Positions 16,782-20,000 of a stretch of 20,000 bases of DNA are shown here, in pieces. The stretch comes from an uncultured virus (IMG/VR IMGVR_UViG_3300003316_000129) (lineage: Duplodnaviria > Heunggongvirae > Uroviricota > Caudoviricetes): the IMG/VR virus record IMGVR_UViG_3300003316_000129; one strand, written 5' to 3'. Position numbers and translations under genes: made by a program. Positions within the stretch are counted from its first letter, which is position 1. Each line of letters starts with the position of its first letter. A model generated the notes under the pieces. That model saw only the letters and a list, made by a program, of their open reading frames with translations. It made no database searches and was not told where the DNA came from.

Positions 16782-17042
16782 TTAGGAGATTTTTTCAAGT
16801 TCTGAAATGAACGGAATAAGACCTATACCATGCAGCCCATACCCGATAGCATCAAATGCGATATGGAAAATGAAAATATCGGCCCCTATTTTTGAGATTA
16901 GCACACCTACAATGATCAAAACCGTCCCCACGATACAACGATGTGTTTTAGAGTGCCCCTTACCAACTATGTGGTTGGAGATGGCCTTTGAAAGATTCAG
17001 TTTTACAATTAGTCTAGCAATGAAGGTGCGAATAAAATAAAT
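16782..17042 (-). CDS. 86-aa membrane protein with apparent ATT start codon (not in ORF track)
   Basis: Open frame (I)YFIRTFIARLIVKLNLSKAISNHIVGKGHSKTHRCIVGTVLIIVGVLISKIGADIFIFHIAFDAIGYGLHGIGLIPFISELEKIS*; two TM-like segments; no ATG in frame. Confidence 0.65.
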   Translation of the reverse strand: MYFIRTFIARLIVKLNLSKAISNHIVGKGHSKTHRCIVGTVLIIVGVLISKIGADIFIFHIAFDAIGYGLHGIGLIPFISELEKIS

Positions 17043-17061
17043 TTTTAGTTTTAATAAGTAG

Positions 17062-17169
17062 TTAATTCTTTCTTTTGGGTTTTGTTACAGATAAAGCAAA
17101 TAGGACTGGCATACAGGCAGTAAAAAGAGTAGCACCGTATCCGATTACAAAGATAATATCTTTTATCAT
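17062..17169 (-). CDS. 35-aa single-TM microprotein (not in ORF track)
   Basis: MIKDIIFVIGYGATLFTACMPVLFALSVTKPKRKN*. Confidence 0.5.
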   Translation of the reverse strand: MIKDIIFVIGYGATLFTACMPVLFALSVTKPKRKN

Positions 17170-17213
17170 AAACGAACGAGAATTTTCTGTTTTAACAAAA
17201 TTTTGATAGTCCT

Positions 17214-17414
17214 TTAGTAATTTATAACCCAACACGTTCCCTGAAAATCGATTATATCATATCCAGGGTGGTTGCCTCCTTTTTGGTAACGATTGTATTT
17301 AACATGAACATATGATGGCGACGTGTAGCCCATTTGCTTTGCAAATTTGCTAACCGGTAACGCGTTGGCGGGAAGCTTTGTAACTGTTTCGTATTTGGTG
17401 CCTTTTATTCTCAT
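17214..17414 (-). CDS. Small putative HTH DNA-binding protein
   Basis: LPVSKFAKQMGYTSPSYVHVKYNR is HTH-like. Confidence 0.55.
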   Translation of the reverse strand: MRIKGTKYETVTKLPANALPVSKFAKQMGYTSPSYVHVKYNRYQKGGNHPGYDIIDFQGTCWVINY

Positions 17415-17419
17415 ATACG

Positions 17420-17427
17420 CAAAGGTA
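17420..17427 (-). promoter_or_regulatory. Bacteroidota primary-sigma -7 element
   Basis: TACCTTTG on the minus strand, 5 nt before ATG 17414, in an intergenic gap; -33 element weak. Confidence 0.55.
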
Positions 17428-17464
17428 TTATCTTTAATCTTTTTAGAAAAAATATTTTCATGGC

Positions 17465-17569
17465 CTATCTTTTGAAGTTCAGGTAATGAAAAGATGAATA
17501 ATAAACGGTTATGAATATGGCCACAATTGTAATGAGGGCCAATATTACAGGGAGCGCTCTTTTGATCAT
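17465..17569 (-). CDS. 34-aa single-TM microprotein (not in ORF track)
   Basis: MIKRALPVILALITIVAIFITVYYSSFHYLNFKR*; ATGA overlap with the stop of 18126-17566. Confidence 0.6.
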   Translation of the reverse strand: MIKRALPVILALITIVAIFITVYYSSFHYLNFKR

Positions 17570-18126
17570 TGTAAAAAGTTTAACGCGTTATCAATAAATT
17601 GTTTCATTTTTTCATTGTTGGATGGGTTGTAATCGTCATTCCACAGGTTACCCCTATTTTTAAGGGAAACATATTCCATTTCTGGTAATGGTATTTCTCC
17701 TAAGCAACTAAATTCTTCGCTACTTATTTCATCTTTATCAAGTAAAACAGTATCCTCTGACGTTTCATAGAACATGGTAGAATCGAAAAAAAACGTATCT
17801 ATCTTAACACAATAATGATCAGACATAGATATATCTAAGGTGTCTGGGCGTAAATTTCTTACTTCTGCTTTATGTATATTGGTAATATTTGCTTGGTGAT
17901 GCTCTTTAAAATAGTTCGGATTGTGACCAAACATTAGAGAAAATAAATCAGGATGCAACATTGTTAGTTCTATTACTTTTGCATCATACCCTAGTTCATT
18001 CATTTTTTCCGCAAAAAGACAAGCGAAAACACCACAACCACCTGCGTTAATGTGTGGTATTAGATTATTTATGTCTTTTACGTTGTTCATTATTTCCTGA
18101 GCAATTGATTTTGTCATTTTTTTCAT
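17566..18126 (-). CDS. Putative papain/transglutaminase-like fold protein (Cys-His-Asp)
   Basis: INAGGCGVFA..DHYCVKI..FFDS spacing. Confidence 0.55.
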   Translation of the reverse strand: MKKMTKSIAQEIMNNVKDINNLIPHINAGGCGVFACLFAEKMNELGYDAKVIELTMLHPDLFSLMFGHNPNYFKEHHQANITNIHKAEVRNLRPDTLDISMSDHYCVKIDTFFFDSTMFYETSEDTVLLDKDEISSEEFSCLGEIPLPEMEYVSLKNRGNLWNDDYNPSNNEKMKQFIDNALNFLQ

Positions 18127-18171
18127 TGTAATAAAATTGAAGGTTAAATAAATAAAAGAATATATGAGTAG

Positions 18172-18386
18172 TTAATTTAGGCTAAATCTAAACGGCATAG
18201 CTTTGTTAGTTTTTTGAGGCTTCAGCGTCTTTACTTTCCATATAGCTACGCAATAATTTTCAGCAAGCCCAATATCTATGCGGTTATCATAGAAATGCGT
18301 TTCATTTAGGGTATTGAAATTAGCCTGCCAAACACCTGCATCAGGCAGAACGCCGTAAAAACGGTATAATCAAATATCTTTCTCAT
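18172..18386 (-). pseudogene. Frameshifted small gene (about 71 aa if one T is restored at 18357-18361)
   Basis: The ATG 18386 frame (MRKIFDYTVF) stops after 26 aa. The -1 frame continues YGVLPDAGVWQANFNTLNETHFYDNRIDIGLAENYCVAIWKVKTLKPQKTNKAMPFRFSLN* without an early start of its own. Confidence 0.45.
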
Positions 18387-18414
18387 TGATTTAATGATTT
18401 AATAAATGGTGGAT

Positions 18415-18642
18415 TCAATTAAAACGGGCGTATCGATAAGGGGTATTGTAAGTGATTGGGGGACGGGTGAAATTTAAATCAGCTACCATCATTGGGTACC
18501 ATTCATCTACATCAGCTCTATATTTAGCATTGGCAGCGGCTCGATTGCCCTTATAGTTGATTTTTTGTTGAATATTCATATCCCTATAACAGATAGATTC
18601 TGTGTAAGGTGTAGAAAGATTGTGAGCTAGTTTGCTAGTCAT
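18415..18642 (-). CDS. Hypothetical phage protein
   Basis: 75 aa, co-oriented. Confidence 0.6.
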   Translation of the reverse strand: MTSKLAHNLSTPYTESICYRDMNIQQKINYKGNRAAANAKYRADVDEWYPMMVADLNFTRPPITYNTPYRYARFN

Positions 18643-18653
18643 AACACTTAGTT

Positions 18654-18935
18654 TTAATCAATTATAGTAATATGATCTAAGAATTGAGTATACGCGCCAT
18701 CTTGCATATATCCTTCTTTGAAATATTCAACGGCAATATCCTTAGCTTTTTGCCATAGTTCATTATAACCATTCAGTGTTTTATTTAATGACCCGACAAA
18801 TTGCAACGCGTCGTCTTTTTTACACCCCCATATGTATACCTTATATTCAACTAGTAAAACAGTAGTTCCTTTCCCGGTATTTTTGCGTACATTTTTTGCG
18901 GTTCCGGTTATCATTATAGTATTTAAGTGTGTCAT
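18654..18935 (-). CDS. Hypothetical phage protein
   Basis: 93 aa, tightly packed. Confidence 0.65.
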   Translation of the reverse strand: MTHLNTIMITGTAKNVRKNTGKGTTVLLVEYKVYIWGCKKDDALQFVGSLNKTLNGYNELWQKAKDIAVEYFKEGYMQDGAYTQFLDHITIID

Positions 18936-18942
18936 AATGCAG

Positions 18943-19152
18943 CTATTTTATAGTTAGTGTTATAGCGTGGTTGGCTGTCTGATAAATACTGCCTTCAATT
19001 AAATCCATTAGCATGGTAAATGCCTGATTGAAGGTTTTAGGCTTTAAGGGATCATCTTTGAATGAGCTGCTTTTGGGATTAAGAAAATCTCGTGCAGGGA
19101 TTGCTAACTCTTCTTTAGTGTTTTTATTTAAAATAGTCAATTGTTGTGTCAT
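18943..19152 (-). CDS. Hypothetical phage protein (start probably ATG 19152, MTQQL)
   Basis: The ATG with A at -3 is preferred over the upstream GTG. Confidence 0.6.
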   Translation of the reverse strand: MTQQLTILNKNTKEELAIPARDFLNPKSSSFKDDPLKPKTFNQAFTMLMDLIEGSIYQTANHAITLTIK

Positions 19153-19319
19153 GATTGACGGATTTGAAAGGTTAATTAATTCGGTACAATTCACTATAAA
19201 ACGTAGCTATTGCTTTTTTCATAGATGTTGCATTTGGTTTGAATGTCGCAAGTGACACTCTTAAACTGAGCTATTGTAGTGTTTATAATTTTAGGGGTCA
19301 ATTACCGGGTTTCGTCCAT

Positions 19320-19541
19320 TCAGGACTCATCAGTTAACCTATTAATACGATCATATCGCCTTTGCATTAGTTTAATTTCTGCAACTAACCTATTGAGCAT
19401 TAGTTCAACGTTGGTTAATTCAGCCCGATTTGTTGCGTCAATAGTAACGAACAATAATGACTCTATTTTGTGGCCAAGGCGTGTTATTTCTGAGGGACGG
19501 CCCGCAATGCTCATTTCTTGTTGCAGTTCTAACCACGTCAT
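19320..19541 (-). CDS. Hypothetical helical/coiled-coil protein
   Basis: 73 aa from GTG; co-oriented with the arm. Confidence 0.55.
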   Translation of the reverse strand: MTWLELQQEMSIAGRPSEITRLGHKIESLLFVTIDATNRAELTNVELMLNRLVAEIKLMQRRYDRINRLTDES

Positions 19542-19612
19542 TGATGATATTTTTTTGCCATAAGTAAAATGTTTTTGATTTAAAGAGGTAGATTACAGAC
19601 ATCAATCAAATT

Positions 19613-19870
19613 TTATTTCCCTCTTTCACGCTCTATTGCAACGTAAACGCTGTCAACAATAGAGCGCAGCGTAGGCAACTCCCATACACTAGAAGTTAGT
19701 TCAATAACAAACTCCCCTTTTTTAACATCATGTACAGCAGCTACACGAATATTAGCACCTTGCATAGATAAGCCATCCGGGGCCATCGATCCGGACAAAT
19801 CAGCGTTATAAGCAGCCATTACAATAGCTTTTGCGGTTTTACGGCGAAGAACGGTAACCGTGTGTGTCAT
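19613..19870 (-). CDS. Hypothetical protein, first gene after the early promoter (start probably 19870, MTHTV)
   Basis: The annotated TTG start (19894) lies inside the promoter -7 box; AAACAAA-ATG context at 19870. Confidence 0.65.
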   Translation of the reverse strand: MTHTVTVLRRKTAKAIVMAAYNADLSGSMAPDGLSMQGANIRVAAVHDVKKGEFVIELTSSVWELPTLRSIVDSVYVAIERERGK

Positions 19871-19891
19871 TTTGTTTCGATTTTTGTACAA

Positions 19892-19922
19892 CAAAGATAA
19901 TGTCTTTTATCATTCAATCAAA
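19892..19922 (-). promoter_or_regulatory. Canonical Bacteroidota primary-sigma promoter
   Basis: Minus strand TTTG (19922-19919), 19-nt spacer, TATCTTTG (19899-19892); A/T-tract upstream. Confidence 0.8.
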
Positions 19923-20000
19923 TTTATTTTCAATTTTATTTTTCTTCCCTTTTAACACAGTAACCCAGGGGCAAACCCCAATACCTCTCAGACCTCACCA

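Noticed and set aside
17148..17155. Additional TATCTTTG -7 box
   Set aside because: Inside a probable coding microprotein and lacks a good -33 element.
19195..19319. Short ORFs and a weak hairpin in this gap
   Set aside because: Only 5-35 codon frames without convincing starts or composition.
11765..19563. Plus-strand ORFs in the early arm (11765, 12304, 16376, 16807, 19028, 19279)
   Set aside because: They overlap better minus-strand genes; 16807-17040 is the shadow of the ATT-start membrane gene.
1..20000. Stop-codon reassignment (TAG or TGA) as in some crAss-like phages
   Set aside because: Long genes are intact in code 11, and TAG/TGA stops are followed closely by new starts (e.g. 1844/1849, 10587/10588).
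1..20000. CRISPR array, tRNA, integrase/transposase, diversity-generating retroelement repeats
   Set aside because: No regularly spaced repeats, cloverleaf, recombinase or RT motifs, or long duplicated segments were seen by eye; a computational self-alignment and tRNA scan were not possible.

Overview
Segment of an AT-rich dsDNA tailed phage genome. A Bacteroidota host, probably Chitinophagaceae-like, is inferred from the TTTG-N19-TAnnTTTG promoter, A-rich start contexts without Shine-Dalgarno sequences, Gln-ending signal peptides, lipoboxes, a Bacteroides-type ECF sigma factor and an LPVxF-type domain. Two arms converge on a terminator at ~11272-11305. The + arm (1-11187) holds late genes: the C-terminus of a large virion/ejection-type protein, putative tail proteins, a signal-peptide-bearing 1293-aa fibre/spike with an SGNH esterase domain, and a membrane-protein-rich lysis cassette ending in a GH19 endolysin. 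The - arm (11329-19870) holds many small early/accessory genes behind a host-type promoter near the right edge. The most striking observation is an apparently split FN3/Ig-like domain. A secreted protein (12276-11746) carries the first strands, and an unannotated 56-aa lipoprotein directly downstream (11740-11570) carries the missing last strands, suggesting a strand-complementation surface anchor. About ten probable small genes missed by the ORF track were recovered by hand translation. All family assignments come from motif recognition, not database searches.
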